The notes under the pieces are model-generated. The model made no database searches. It was not told the DNA's origin and saw only the letters and a list, made by a program, of their open reading frames with translations. Made by a program: the position numbers and the translations under genes. Below, piece by piece: positions 18,721 to 28,388 of a stretch of 64,000 nt of DNA (position 1 is the first letter of the stretch; each line of letters starts with the position of its first letter). Source of the stretch: Cyanophyceae cyanobacterium. GTDB taxonomy: Bacteria; Cyanobacteriota; Cyanobacteriia; Cyanobacteriales; JBHJGN01. The DNA lies in the NCBI GenBank assembly GCA_050331735.1, contig JBHJGN010000022.1:32001-96000 (forward strand), given 5' to 3'.

Positions 18721-20385
18721 ATGAATAAGCCAATAATTATTGTAGTAGATGACGATTCAGAAGTCCTGCGCACTATTGTCCGTGATTTACGCCATAAATA
18801 TGGTTTGTTGTACCGGGTATTATCTTCAGAGTCAGCAGAAAAAGCACTGGAAATGCTTCCTCAACTGAAGTTGAGAAACCAGTTAGTTGGCTTATTCTTG
18901 GTAGACCAGCGGATGCCTCAGATAACCGGGGTTGAGTTTCTCGAACAAGCTAGAGAATTTTTTCCAAACGCTAAGCGAGTTTTGCTAACCGCTTATGCAG
19001 ATACGAGCGTTGCGATTTATGCCATTAACAAAACGAAGATTGACTATTATTTGATGAAGCCGTGGGATCCGCCGGAGGTTAATTTATACCCCATCCTCAA
19101 TGACTTACTAGAAGTGTGGCGACTGTCTTATCTGTCGCGCCACGAACGCATTCAGGTGATTGGCTCTCGCTGGCTGCCGACAACACACCAGATCAAAGAT
19201 TTTTTGGCGAGCTACCACGTTCCCTACGTGTGGCGCGATTTGGAAAAAGATCGCGATGCGCGTCAGCTCATGGAACAGGCCAATCAAGATTTTACCCAGC
19301 TACCGTTAATTCTCTTTCCCGATGGTTCTCAGCTCGCTGCTCCCTCCACCTGGGAGCTAGCCGAGAAAATCGGCCTCAAAACTCGCGCTCAAATGCCCTT
19401 TTACGACTTAATTATTATTGGTGGCGGACCCGCTGGCTTAGCCGCCGCTGTTTCTGGAGCGTCAGAAGGGCTGAAAACGGCTCTGATTGAAAAACAAGCT
19501 CCTGGTGGACAGGCCGGCACCAGCTCTCGCATTGAAAATTACTTGGGTTTCCCGGCGGGACTGTCAGGAGGAGATTTAGCCAGACGCGCCATGGCCCAGG
19601 CGTATAAATTTGGCACAGAAATTATTGCTCCCCAGGAAGTCACCCAACTTTCAGTTAACAGTCACTACAAACACGTTACCTTAGCAGACGGGACCGAGCT
19701 TGGCTGTCATACGCTCATCGTGGCGACAGGAGTGAGCTACACCAGACTAAATGTACCGGGCATTCGGGAGCTAACCGGAGCCGGAATCTATTACGGCGCG
19801 GCCACCACCGAAGCGATCGCCTGTCGGGATGAAGAAGTTTACATCGTTGGGGGAGCTAACTCCGCCGGACAGGCGGCTCTTTGTCTGTCTCACTATGCCC
19901 GTTCGGTGACGATTTTGCTGAGGGGAGAGACTTTAGCCGCCAAAATGTCCCGCTATCTCATCGACCGGATTCAAGCAGCGCCAAACATTTGGGTCAAACC
20001 GTTTACGAAAGTGATTGAGGCGCGGGGAAGCGAAAGATTAGAATCGTTAACCCTTGCCGATACTCAAACAGAAGCGACCACAACCATCAAGGCCAATGCT
20101 TTGTTTGTTTTTATTGGGGCCAAGCCCAACACAAACTGGCTGCAAGGAATTATTGAATGCGATCGCGATGGCTACATCGTTACCGGGAACGAGCTCATCG
20201 AGAGCGGCAGGCCAAAGTCGTTCTGGAGTTTAAAGCGCGATCCATTTTTGTTTGAAACCTGCGTTCCCGGCATTTTTGCGATTGGGGACGTGCGCTGTAA
20301 CTCGATAAAACGGGTTGCTTCTGCCGTTGGAGAGGGATCGGTTGCGGTTCAGCTCGTCCATCAGTATCTTTCCTCAGTCTACTAA
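18721..20385 (+). CDS. Receiver-domain-fused thioredoxin-reductase-like FAD oxidoreductase
   Basis: Receiver (VDDD, LVDQRMP), glutaredoxin-like middle domain, GGGPAG, IENYLGF, GGANSAG and FAIGDVR motifs; no CxxC. Confidence 0.88.
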   Translation: MNKPIIIVVDDDSEVLRTIVRDLRHKYGLLYRVLSSESAEKALEMLPQLKLRNQLVGLFLVDQRMPQITGVEFLEQAREFFPNAKRVLLTAYADTSVAIYAINKTKIDYYLMKPWDPPEVNLYPILNDLLEVWRLSYLSRHERIQVIGSRWLPTTHQIKDFLASYHVPYVWRDLEKDRDARQLMEQANQDFTQLPLILFPDGSQLAAPSTWELAEKIGLKTRAQMPFYDLIIIGGGPAGLAAAVSGASEGLKTALIEKQAPGGQAGTSSRIENYLGFPAGLSGGDLARRAMAQAYKFGTEIIAPQEVTQLSVNSHYKHVTLADGTELGCHTLIVATGVSYTRLNVPGIRELTGAGIYYGAATTEAIACRDEEVYIVGGANSAGQAALCLSHYARSVTILLRGETLAAKMSRYLIDRIQAAPNIWVKPFTKVIEARGSERLESLTLADTQTEATTTIKANALFVFIGAKPNTNWLQGIIECDRDGYIVTGNELIESGRPKSFWSLKRDPFLFETCVPGIFAIGDVRCNSIKRVASAVGEGSVAVQLVHQYLSSVY

Positions 20386-20453
20386 ATCCTTTCTTGCTGA
20401 ATGCCCATTGGGGCAGCTACCAGCTCACACTAGAATCGAGAGAGCCATTAAGT

Positions 20454-21848
20454 ATGCCAACTGCGATCGCACTGTTTCAAGAATTACCCATTCAAGAACG
20501 CTTAGAACTTTTGAATATGGGGACTCAAGCTTGTTTTCGGCCGGGAGAACTGCTTTTCCAGCAGGGAGAGCCAGCCCAGCACTTTTACATTGTTCTGAAT
20601 GGAGCTATTCGCGTATCGCGCAGAATCAACAATCAAGAATTCGTCTTAGACACCTATGAGAAGGATGCCTTTTTTGGGGAGACGGCCCTGCTAGGGGCGA
20701 TGATTTATCCCTTCAGTGGCTTAGCCGTGGGCAATAGCTGCGTGTACTTTTTTGACAAAGACAGTTTCTGGCAGATGCTTGCGCTATTCCCTTCGATTAG
20801 AAGAGTTGTGCTCAACTGTGTCAGCCAACGGACGCAGGAGTTACAGCATCTATCCCAAACTCATCAAAAATTTATGGCTTTAGCGACATTAGCGGCGGGT
20901 TTAGCCCATGAATTAAATAATCCTGCTTCTGCCGCTTATCGAGCCGTCAGTCAGCTACAAGAAACGATGTCTAAGCGCTATACTCTGCTGCTCAAGTACA
21001 TGGAACAGACCCTCACCCCGCAGCAGATGCAGGTGCTCGTCCGGTTAAAACAGAATGCTTGTACCTATGCATCTCAGTCTGACTGCCTCAATTTTTCCCT
21101 CGATCCTCTCACCCAAATCGAGCTAGAGGATCAGCTAGTCGCTTGGCTAGAAGCCCGAGAAATTGACAATGGCTGGCGGCTCGCTTCGAGTTTGCTCGCC
21201 GCTGGCATTACTCCTGAGCAGTTAGCAGATATCAGTGAGCGCACGACGACTGAGACGTTTAGGGATTTACTGACTCTATTAGAGAGGATGATCACTGAAG
21301 CCAGTTTGCTGAACATTCTCGATAACAGTGTTGTGCGAGTGACTGAATTAGTGAGCGCCGTCAAGACCTACTCTCATCTAGATCGCTCTTTCTCGAAGAA
21401 AGACAGCCTCGATATTTGTCAAGGGTTAGAGAGTACGCTCACAATTCTCAGCTATAAACTAAAGCAACATCAAATTAAGGTGAAGCGAGAGTATGCGAGC
21501 GAGCTCCCTCTAATCTACGGGAACGGAGCCGCGCTCAATCAGGTGTGGTCACATCTGATTGAAAACGCCATCGATGCGATCGAACAACAAGGAACGATTT
21601 GGATTCGCACTTCAGCCACCGACGATTGCGCACTCGTCGAAATTGCCGATAGCGGTGCTGGCATTCCTCTAGAAATTCAAGACAGAATCTTCGAGCCGTT
21701 TTTCACGACCAAAGGGGTCGGGAAAGGCACAGGCATCGGTTTAAACTTCGTATTTCGAGTGGTCGTTTGCGATCATCATGGAGATGTTCGCTGTTGTTCT
21801 GAACCGGGCTATACTCGGTTTCGGGTCTATTTGCCTATCGGTGGCTAA
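20454..21848 (+). CDS. Cyclic-nucleotide-binding sensor histidine kinase
   Basis: cNMP domain (LFQQGEPA...FYIVLNG...FFGETALL), AHELNNP and PFFTTKGVGKGTGIGL. ATG at 20454 preferred over the upstream start at 20394. Confidence 0.9.
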   Translation: MPTAIALFQELPIQERLELLNMGTQACFRPGELLFQQGEPAQHFYIVLNGAIRVSRRINNQEFVLDTYEKDAFFGETALLGAMIYPFSGLAVGNSCVYFFDKDSFWQMLALFPSIRRVVLNCVSQRTQELQHLSQTHQKFMALATLAAGLAHELNNPASAAYRAVSQLQETMSKRYTLLLKYMEQTLTPQQMQVLVRLKQNACTYASQSDCLNFSLDPLTQIELEDQLVAWLEAREIDNGWRLASSLLAAGITPEQLADISERTTTETFRDLLTLLERMITEASLLNILDNSVVRVTELVSAVKTYSHLDRSFSKKDSLDICQGLESTLTILSYKLKQHQIKVKREYASELPLIYGNGAALNQVWSHLIENAIDAIEQQGTIWIRTSATDDCALVEIADSGAGIPLEIQDRIFEPFFTTKGVGKGTGIGLNFVFRVVVCDHHGDVRCCSEPGYTRFRVYLPIGG

Positions 21849-21900
21849 ACGGCACAGACCTAAGTTAGGGAACAGGGGACATTGTTCCTGATGGTATGAC

Positions 21901-21936
21901 TAGCTCTCTCAGCGTCAATTGGCGTTGAGAGAGCTA
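21901..21936. terminator. Long hairpin between convergent HK and rpe
   Basis: TAGCTCTCTCAGCGTC...GGCGTTGAGAGAGCTA, about 16-bp stem including G-U pairs. Confidence 0.65.
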
Positions 21937-21979
21937 CATCCCTGATCCTTGTCGCTTCACTTGGTCAACGCCAGACTTG

Positions 21980-22666
21980 TTAGCGTGGCGTAACGAGGGC
22001 AGGAGGCCCGGCGATCGCCTCCTGGAGGAGGCGGAGATTTTCGGCTAACGAGTGTTTCGCGTTGTAGGCACTCGAACCAGCGACGAGGACAGTAGCCCCG
22101 GCTTCGACGACGAGGGGAGCCGTTTGGGTATTAATGCCTCCATCAACGGCAATAGGAATAGCTCGTTCGCTGAGTTTTGTCCGTAGACGGCGGATTTTGT
22201 CGAGCTGAGAAGCAATGAACGATTGACCGCCAAAGCCAGGATTAACGGTCATAATTTGCACCAGGTCAACACACTCTAAAACTTCTTCAATGGCTTCTAT
22301 CGATGTACCAGGATTAATCGTCACTCCGGCTTCAATCCCGAGATCCTTAATCTTCACGAGAGTGCGATGCAGGTGGGTACAGGCTTCCTGATGAACAATC
22401 AGACGATCGGCTCCGGCGTGGGCAAAGTCTTCTAAATAACGCTCCGGTGCAGCAATCATCAGATGAACGTCTAGCTTGAGCTTAACTAAAGGACGCAGTG
22501 CCGCGATGATACCAGGACCAAAGCAGAGATTAGGCACAAACTGCCCGTCCATAACATCGATTTGAATTGCTGGTACTCCTGCTGCTTCTGCTTCCTGGGC
22601 CGCTGCTCCTAAATAGGCAAAATTGGCCGACAGGAGCGAGGGTTCGATAATAATTTGCTCAGACAT
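21980..22666 (-). CDS. rpe: Ribulose-phosphate 3-epimerase
   Basis: PSLLSA, DVMDGQFVPN, DVHLM, MTVNPGFGGQ and VDGGI motifs; AGGAG RBS before ATG 22666. Confidence 0.95.
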   Translation of the reverse strand: MSEQIIIEPSLLSANFAYLGAAAQEAEAAGVPAIQIDVMDGQFVPNLCFGPGIIAALRPLVKLKLDVHLMIAAPERYLEDFAHAGADRLIVHQEACTHLHRTLVKIKDLGIEAGVTINPGTSIEAIEEVLECVDLVQIMTVNPGFGGQSFIASQLDKIRRLRTKLSERAIPIAVDGGINTQTAPLVVEAGATVLVAGSSAYNAKHSLAENLRLLQEAIAGPPALVTPR

Positions 22667-22916
22667 CGTGATATTGCTCCTAGCGTATAAAGAAGGCGTT
22701 GTTGAATAGGATGCGTTTGGGACAGTCGTCATTTTCGATTTCAGTAGCGGTCAGAAGCCGCTGCCATCCAGACAAAACCTGCCTGCGCAGGTTCTTCAAA
22801 TCCTGAGCGTACTCGCTAATCGTCAATGGAAGAAAAGGAAGGAGGTTATTCAATGGCTCCCTTGACCCCTTCCCCTTTACCCTTTTACCCATCTGGCCTC
22901 CTGGCCAGATGTTCGC

Positions 22917-24563
22917 TTAAACCTGCTTGAGGTACTCCTGAATCAGTTGGACAGCGACTGAACCTTCGCCAACAGCGGAAGCGACTCGTTTAATTGAGCC
23001 GTGTCGAATATCTCCAGCAACGAAGATCCCCGGAACGCTAGCCTCCAACAAGAAAGCATCGCGTTCTGGTTGCCATTGATGCCCGTTATTATTGCTCAGG
23101 ACATCAGGACCAGTGAGAACAAAACCTTGGGGATCTTGGGCGAGGAGCTTGCTCATGCAGTCGGAACGGGGTTTTGTCCCGATGAGAATAAACAGCATAT
23201 CGGCACTGAGAGTTACCTGTTCGCCCGTCAGAGAATTATCGAGGGTCAGGGCTTCCAACCTCTCCGTTCCTTTAGCGTCGATCACGTTGGTGTTTAACCA
23301 GACTTTGATGTTTTCGGTCGAGTCAATCAGATCGATGAGATACTGGGACATCTTGTTGGTGAGGGTGCTGCCGCGGACAATGATGTTGACGCTATGGGCG
23401 CGTTCGGAGAAGTAAAGTGCGGCTTCTCCAGCAGAGTTCCCCGCCCCGATGATAAAGATATCTTCGTTGCTACAGGTGGCCGGTTTTTTGCCAACGCCGT
23501 AGTAAACTCCCGCTCCTGTTAAGCGATCTACGCTAGGAACGTTTAGCTTGCGGTAAGCAACGCCTGTGGCTAGCAGAATGGCATAGGCAGCAATCTCGGT
23601 GCCGTCTGCCAAGGTGACAAACCGATAGGGATCTTCTACACGGATACTCTTAACTTCCTGAGGAATCAGAATTTCGACGCCAAATTTTTTGGCCTGAGCA
23701 ACAGCCCGTCTGGTAAGGTCGTCGCCGCTTAAGCCTACGGGAAAGCCCAAGTAATTGTCGATTTGAGGAGCCGTTCCCGCTTGCCCGCCAAGAGCCTCGC
23801 GTTCGATTAGTACAGTGCGCAGTCCTTCTGAGCCTCCGTAGATGGCGGCGGCTAGTCCACTCGGACCCGCACCGACAACAACGAGGTCATAAAAAGGCTT
23901 TTCAGCACGCATCTTTAAGCCAATCTTCTCAGCCACTTCCTCTTTGGTTGGCTCAACCAGTTTGGAGCCATCGGGAAACAGAATTAAAGGCTGGCGTAAT
24001 GATTCTTCCTCTGAGAAGAACCACTTTTTCAAACTGCGAGCTTCTTTTGTCTCAGCGTCGAGCCACTGATAGGAAACCCAGTTGCGCGCCAAAAAATCTC
24101 TAATTTGATAGAGCTTTGGAGACCAGCGGTTGCCAATAATCCGAATTCCTTCAATAGAGGGAGTGTAGTCTTCTTGCCACATTTCGAGCAGGTCGTTAAG
24201 GGCTGGATAGAGTTCTTCAGTGGGAGAACCGTTGACCTGAGGCAGGAAGTAGTCAATCTTGGCGGTGTTGACGGGCTGAATTTCGCCATTAACGGTGACG
24301 AGAACTCGCTTCGCTTCTGGAAACACATCGGTGGAATGTTCGAGAAACTCGCTTCCAGAAATTTCTGGCATCTGCTGGTTGACCAAAATGAGCGCCACGG
24401 CTCGTTCCTGGAGCTTGAGAATCTTAAGGGTTTTGAGAGCTTCTTCACAGGAATGGGCCTGGAGTGATTGGAAGCGATCGCCGTATTCGTCGGTGAGATG
24501 TTTGGCAATCGACTGTAGAACCTGGAGATCGTAGTCTACGACTAACAAGACTGGCTTGGACAT
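22917..24563 (-). CDS. Second receiver-fused TrxB-like oxidoreductase with a degenerate receiver
   Basis: Paralog of 18721-20385. Receiver reads VDYD and LVNQQMP (Asn at the phospho-Asp site); GAGPSG, GAGNSAG and FVAGDIR motifs; no CxxC. Confidence 0.85.
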   Translation of the reverse strand: MSKPVLLVVDYDLQVLQSIAKHLTDEYGDRFQSLQAHSCEEALKTLKILKLQERAVALILVNQQMPEISGSEFLEHSTDVFPEAKRVLVTVNGEIQPVNTAKIDYFLPQVNGSPTEELYPALNDLLEMWQEDYTPSIEGIRIIGNRWSPKLYQIRDFLARNWVSYQWLDAETKEARSLKKWFFSEEESLRQPLILFPDGSKLVEPTKEEVAEKIGLKMRAEKPFYDLVVVGAGPSGLAAAIYGGSEGLRTVLIEREALGGQAGTAPQIDNYLGFPVGLSGDDLTRRAVAQAKKFGVEILIPQEVKSIRVEDPYRFVTLADGTEIAAYAILLATGVAYRKLNVPSVDRLTGAGVYYGVGKKPATCSNEDIFIIGAGNSAGEAALYFSERAHSVNIIVRGSTLTNKMSQYLIDLIDSTENIKVWLNTNVIDAKGTERLEALTLDNSLTGEQVTLSADMLFILIGTKPRSDCMSKLLAQDPQGFVLTGPDVLSNNNGHQWQPERDAFLLEASVPGIFVAGDIRHGSIKRVASAVGEGSVAVQLIQEYLKQV

Positions 24564-25519
24564 GAGTTCTCCTTATATATAATTTAGTTTGAATTGTTGC
24601 GGGGAAAACAGCGCTGATCGCACCCTGTTTTCGTCACATCAAGCTTGCTGATATCAGAGCGAGGCGACGGCTGAGTGGTTGGGAGCGCGATCGCCTCCCA
24701 GTCTCTGACCGAAGGGTTCAAAGAATCTTGCCCTCACTCAATAGCAAGCAGTTGATACTGAGATAGCAGTACTTATTGAAAATCAGTCGGTCCGTGCCGT
24801 TGAACACTAAGACTTTTAAATCTTCAACAAATTACTCAAGCAAAAATACGGTTAGCCTGAGCTTATTACTGATAGAAAACTAACAACAGGTATTTTTGAG
24901 AAGTTAAAAATAAAGATCCTCAATAAACCTCGTTGTTTTAACTTTTGAAAAAGAAAGGCCTATCGCCATTTCACAAGTGAATCAGGTCTTTTAAATTGAT
25001 GTTTTTGGTAAGATCAATCCAAGTCAATAGCTAACTTAATACTTTATATCTTTGTGCCAATATCGACAATTGTTTTAAAAAAATATTAAGTTAGCCTAAA
25101 AGAAAACATTGTATTGAAAAAACCGTGCTATTGTTTGTGGTTTTTGTCAAAGATTTTTGAAAGCTCTCAACAGAATTTTAAACAAAAGAAGTTAATATTT
25201 TGATTTTTGGCAATAGAAATATTTTTTCATCTATCTTCTCAAAAAAAACTTTTCAGCTTGGATAAGCACCAGTAACTTACTACTGTGAACAGTTGAATGA
25301 GTTAGTAAAAAAGCTAGCCGCTTTCCGCTCTTGTAAAGGATAAGCGCAACTGCCAGGGATTGAGGACAAGTCCTTTTCTACTATTCTCAAACTAAAAGGC
25401 ACTTATGGATAGTGAAGTAAAGCTTCATCCCAGGGCAATCGACAGCTAAAGTCCCTACTAACTTTATAGATTAGTTCACTTGTGTCATCCGTTTTTTACT
25501 GTTAATGGAGTTTTGAACA

Positions 25520-27178
25520 ATGGCTAGAGATCTGGCGATTGAAATTGAGTCATTTGACCTTCCCGATGGTGTCACCATGGGCGATCCTGGTGAGGTTACA
25601 GTTTCTATTACTAACGTCGGTGATAGACGAGTAGGCGGTCGCGTAGATTTGAATCTCTACGCATCGTCCGACTCAGTGATTAATACACGAGTTCTTGAGA
25701 GAACTGAAAAAGAGGTCAACGACGGACTATTAACGACGGTAGAAGGCGTCAGACTCAGAGGACTGCGACCTGGGGAATCTCGCACCGTTACCATCGATTA
25801 CGAGAACATTACCTCCTATGTTCCTCCCGGTTCTTACTACCTGATCGCTGAAATCGATGGAGATTCCCTCCGACCCAGACAGGATAGCAACCCCGACAAC
25901 AACTTCGATGCTGAGCTAGTTTCATCCCCGAACACCGATGTCGTCCTCGACTGGATGGCAACAGGGATGAACCTGTCCTCCAATGAGTACCTGTATGACG
26001 AGTTTGAAGAGGTGGGAGCTGCGCCTCCGCAAGGAACGCGGGCCGGAGCCTTTCTAGCCTCTTCCATGTACAACGTCTATGCTGGCATTACCGGTGAATT
26101 CGAGGCTTACGGCATCGATCTCTCCGAGATCAATATGTCTACGGAGGGAATCTCCCTCGAAGCGGCGATCGCCGGTGCTGCCTACACTTCTCTAGCCGAG
26201 CTGTTCCCAGAGCAGCGCGACCAGCTCAACGAGCAGCTAGGAAGCTCCATCGATGAAATCGAAGCCGATCCCGCCGCCGAAATGATGGGTATGGCTTACG
26301 GGATGCGCGTTGCTAAGGAATTACTCCTGTCACGGGAGGATGAGCTAGAAACCGACGACCCTGATAACTACCCGTTTGAGTCTTTAGATCCCAACGATCC
26401 TTTCTTCTGGGGACCAGATGACAACGGTAGCGGTATTTCGGTTGGTGCTGGCTACGGCAATGATGCCGAGCCTTGGGCCATCGACAGCACCGATGAGATT
26501 ATTGCACTCTCTGCTCCAGACCCCCGAGACAGCGAAGCCTACATTCAAGACTTACAGGCTGTCGCCGCGCTCGGTGGAAAAGAAGACACCGAACTGACGA
26601 CAATCACGCGGACTCCGGACCAGGCCGAGATTGCGAAGTTCTACTTCATCGACCGAGGTGATTCCTACAAGCCGAACAAGCACCTCAACCACATGCTTGC
26701 GGAAATCTCTATCCGGGAAGAGCTTTCCTTAGAAGATAACATCCAAGCATTTTTCTTAACCAACATCGCTCTCGCTGATGCGATTCAGGTGGCTTGGGAT
26801 GCTAAGTACACCCATCAGATCCCGCGTCCGTCTCAGCCCATCAAAGAACTACTCGACCCAGAGTGGGAGAATTTCTTAGAAGATCCTCCGTTCCCAGACT
26901 ACGTTTCTGGTCATGGAACCATGGTGATGGCCGTGGCTCCGATTTGGGAAGAGCTCTTTGGCGAGAACTACGCGTTTGATGTGGTTTCTCCCGACACGCC
27001 TGGCATTGTGCGCTCTGTAGAGAGCTTCGAGCAGCTCGCAGAAGAGTTCGCCTTCAGCCGCGTGTTCTCTGGTGTTCATACCATCAAGGGAGCTGTGACC
27101 GATACACAGATCTTCGGTGAAGCCGTTGCCGAACAAGTTCTGGCCAAGCTGGCTCCAGATGTAGAGCCTCTTGTGTAA
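25520..27178 (+). CDS. Vanadium-dependent haloperoxidase / PAP2-superfamily protein with N-terminal CARDB-like domain
   Basis: WDAKY....RP, PPFPDYVSGH and SRVFSGVH vanadate/phosphate-binding motifs; N-terminal Ig-like CARDB pattern (DLAI..V.I.N.G..PGES..V..PGSYYLIA.ID...NN); very acidic. Confidence 0.8.
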   Translation: MARDLAIEIESFDLPDGVTMGDPGEVTVSITNVGDRRVGGRVDLNLYASSDSVINTRVLERTEKEVNDGLLTTVEGVRLRGLRPGESRTVTIDYENITSYVPPGSYYLIAEIDGDSLRPRQDSNPDNNFDAELVSSPNTDVVLDWMATGMNLSSNEYLYDEFEEVGAAPPQGTRAGAFLASSMYNVYAGITGEFEAYGIDLSEINMSTEGISLEAAIAGAAYTSLAELFPEQRDQLNEQLGSSIDEIEADPAAEMMGMAYGMRVAKELLLSREDELETDDPDNYPFESLDPNDPFFWGPDDNGSGISVGAGYGNDAEPWAIDSTDEIIALSAPDPRDSEAYIQDLQAVAALGGKEDTELTTITRTPDQAEIAKFYFIDRGDSYKPNKHLNHMLAEISIREELSLEDNIQAFFLTNIALADAIQVAWDAKYTHQIPRPSQPIKELLDPEWENFLEDPPFPDYVSGHGTMVMAVAPIWEELFGENYAFDVVSPDTPGIVRSVESFEQLAEEFAFSRVFSGVHTIKGAVTDTQIFGEAVAEQVLAKLAPDVEPLV

Positions 27179-27196
27179 CTCTTAACTGATGCTACG

Positions 27197-27237
27197 CGCC
27201 AAACTTTTTGGGCGATCGCTGCCCGGAAAGTTTGGCG
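27197..27237 (+). terminator. Hairpin downstream of the haloperoxidase-like gene
   Basis: CGCCAAACTTTTTGGGC...GCCCGGAAAGTTTGGCG, about 17-bp stem with a HIP1 site at the loop. Confidence 0.6.
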
Positions 27238-27383
27238 GCGGAGTGCCTCCGGGAAACAACGGTTGCATACAGCGAAGCCTGTGACTTTGCTGTAGTTTCT
27301 TCTTAATTAGAAAAAGTAATCTGGCATATCTCGGATTCCTGAGGGACACGTAACACCTGCCTCCTGCTTCAAACCTAAAAGCT

Positions 27384-28148
27384 TTGTACCTCACTAGTAT
27401 GGGAACTGCTACAATGCTGGATACTCGACCAACCGAAACCAACAGAGAACCCGTTCAAGAAATTATTTCGCTGCTGGGACGATACAACTTGCTCTCTCAA
27501 CTACAGCGGGAGCTGATTATTGACGAGGCCATTAGCACGATAGACTGTACGCCCCAGGAGCAAGAAAATGCCTATCAACAGTTTTTAGCCAGTCAACGAA
27601 TTGATGGTGATGTTCAACACGAGACGGCTCGTCAGCAAATAGTAGCAGCGCTCACTCGCAAGCTCAAGATCGAGAAGTTCAAACGAGCCACGTGGGAAAA
27701 AGAATTACCGATCGCTTTTATAAACCACAAAAGTAAGCTGGATAAAGTTGTTTACTCACGGCTTGTCAATCCCGATAAAGGAATTGCTCAGGAACTTTAT
27801 TTTCGTCTTGTTGAAGAGGAAGAGTCCTTTACTGACCTAGTTCAGCAATACTCTCAAGACTCCAAAGCGATCACCAACGGCCTCGTTGGACCGGTCGCCG
27901 TCTGTTCGTTAAATCCTCAAATTGCCCAGAGACTGCTTGTGAGTAAACCCGGTCAGGTACTGCCGCCAATCTGTCTTGAGAATGCATTTGTCATTGTGCG
28001 ATTGGAAAAAGTGATTCCAGCCGTCCTAGATGAATCAATGTGCTGTTTACTCTACCAAGAACTTTTTGAGACGTGGCTGGCCAAACAGTGTCAAGATAAA
28101 CACTATCAACAGTTAGTGTGGGAAAAGTTGAACGCTCTAGCGGCATGA
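27384..28148 (+). CDS. PpiC/rotamase-type peptidyl-prolyl isomerase (cyanobacterial type)
   Basis: LDKVVYS, AQELYFRL, F.DL.QQYS, GLVGPV, PGQVLPP and FETWL motifs. True start is probably ATG 27399 or 27414. Confidence 0.8.
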   Translation: MYLTSMGTATMLDTRPTETNREPVQEIISLLGRYNLLSQLQRELIIDEAISTIDCTPQEQENAYQQFLASQRIDGDVQHETARQQIVAALTRKLKIEKFKRATWEKELPIAFINHKSKLDKVVYSRLVNPDKGIAQELYFRLVEEEESFTDLVQQYSQDSKAITNGLVGPVAVCSLNPQIAQRLLVSKPGQVLPPICLENAFVIVRLEKVIPAVLDESMCCLLYQELFETWLAKQCQDKHYQQLVWEKLNALAA

Positions 28149-28352
28149 TGTCCGGTGCGGGACGGGGAGTCGCGTTCGCGACGGGGAAGGGGGAAAGGGG
28201 AAACTGTCCCTCCGGGACGGGGAAAGAACACTTAATTTAAGGAACAAGCTAATTTATTCTCCCTTTCCCCCTTCCCCTTGGCCCTTGGCCCGCAGCGCAA
28301 GCTGCTTTCCCCCTTCCCCTTGGCCCTTGGCCCGCAGCGCAAGCTGCTTTCC
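28149..28352. repeat. Composite heptamer-tract / mini-hairpin repeat with a tandem 42-bp duplication (28263-28346)
   Basis: GGGGAAA and CTTTCCC tracts interleaved with GTCGCGTTCGCGAC, GTCCCTCCGGGAC and GCAGCGCAAGCTGC palindromes. Confidence 0.85.
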
Positions 28353-28388
28353 TTTTGTAAACTATGCGTCAAATATATTTATATCTTT

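Noticed and set aside
24590..24635. Minus-strand GGTGCG...GCGCTG...CCCCGCAAC resembling a cobalamin riboswitch core
   Set aside because: It lacks the upstream GGGAA and the downstream B12 box, and lies too close to the start codon.
28278..28388. N-terminal extension of the GH15 ORF ([10 protein letters not shown] repeated twice)
   Set aside because: It is a translation of the 42-bp tandem repeat; the family-like sequence begins at ATG 28389.
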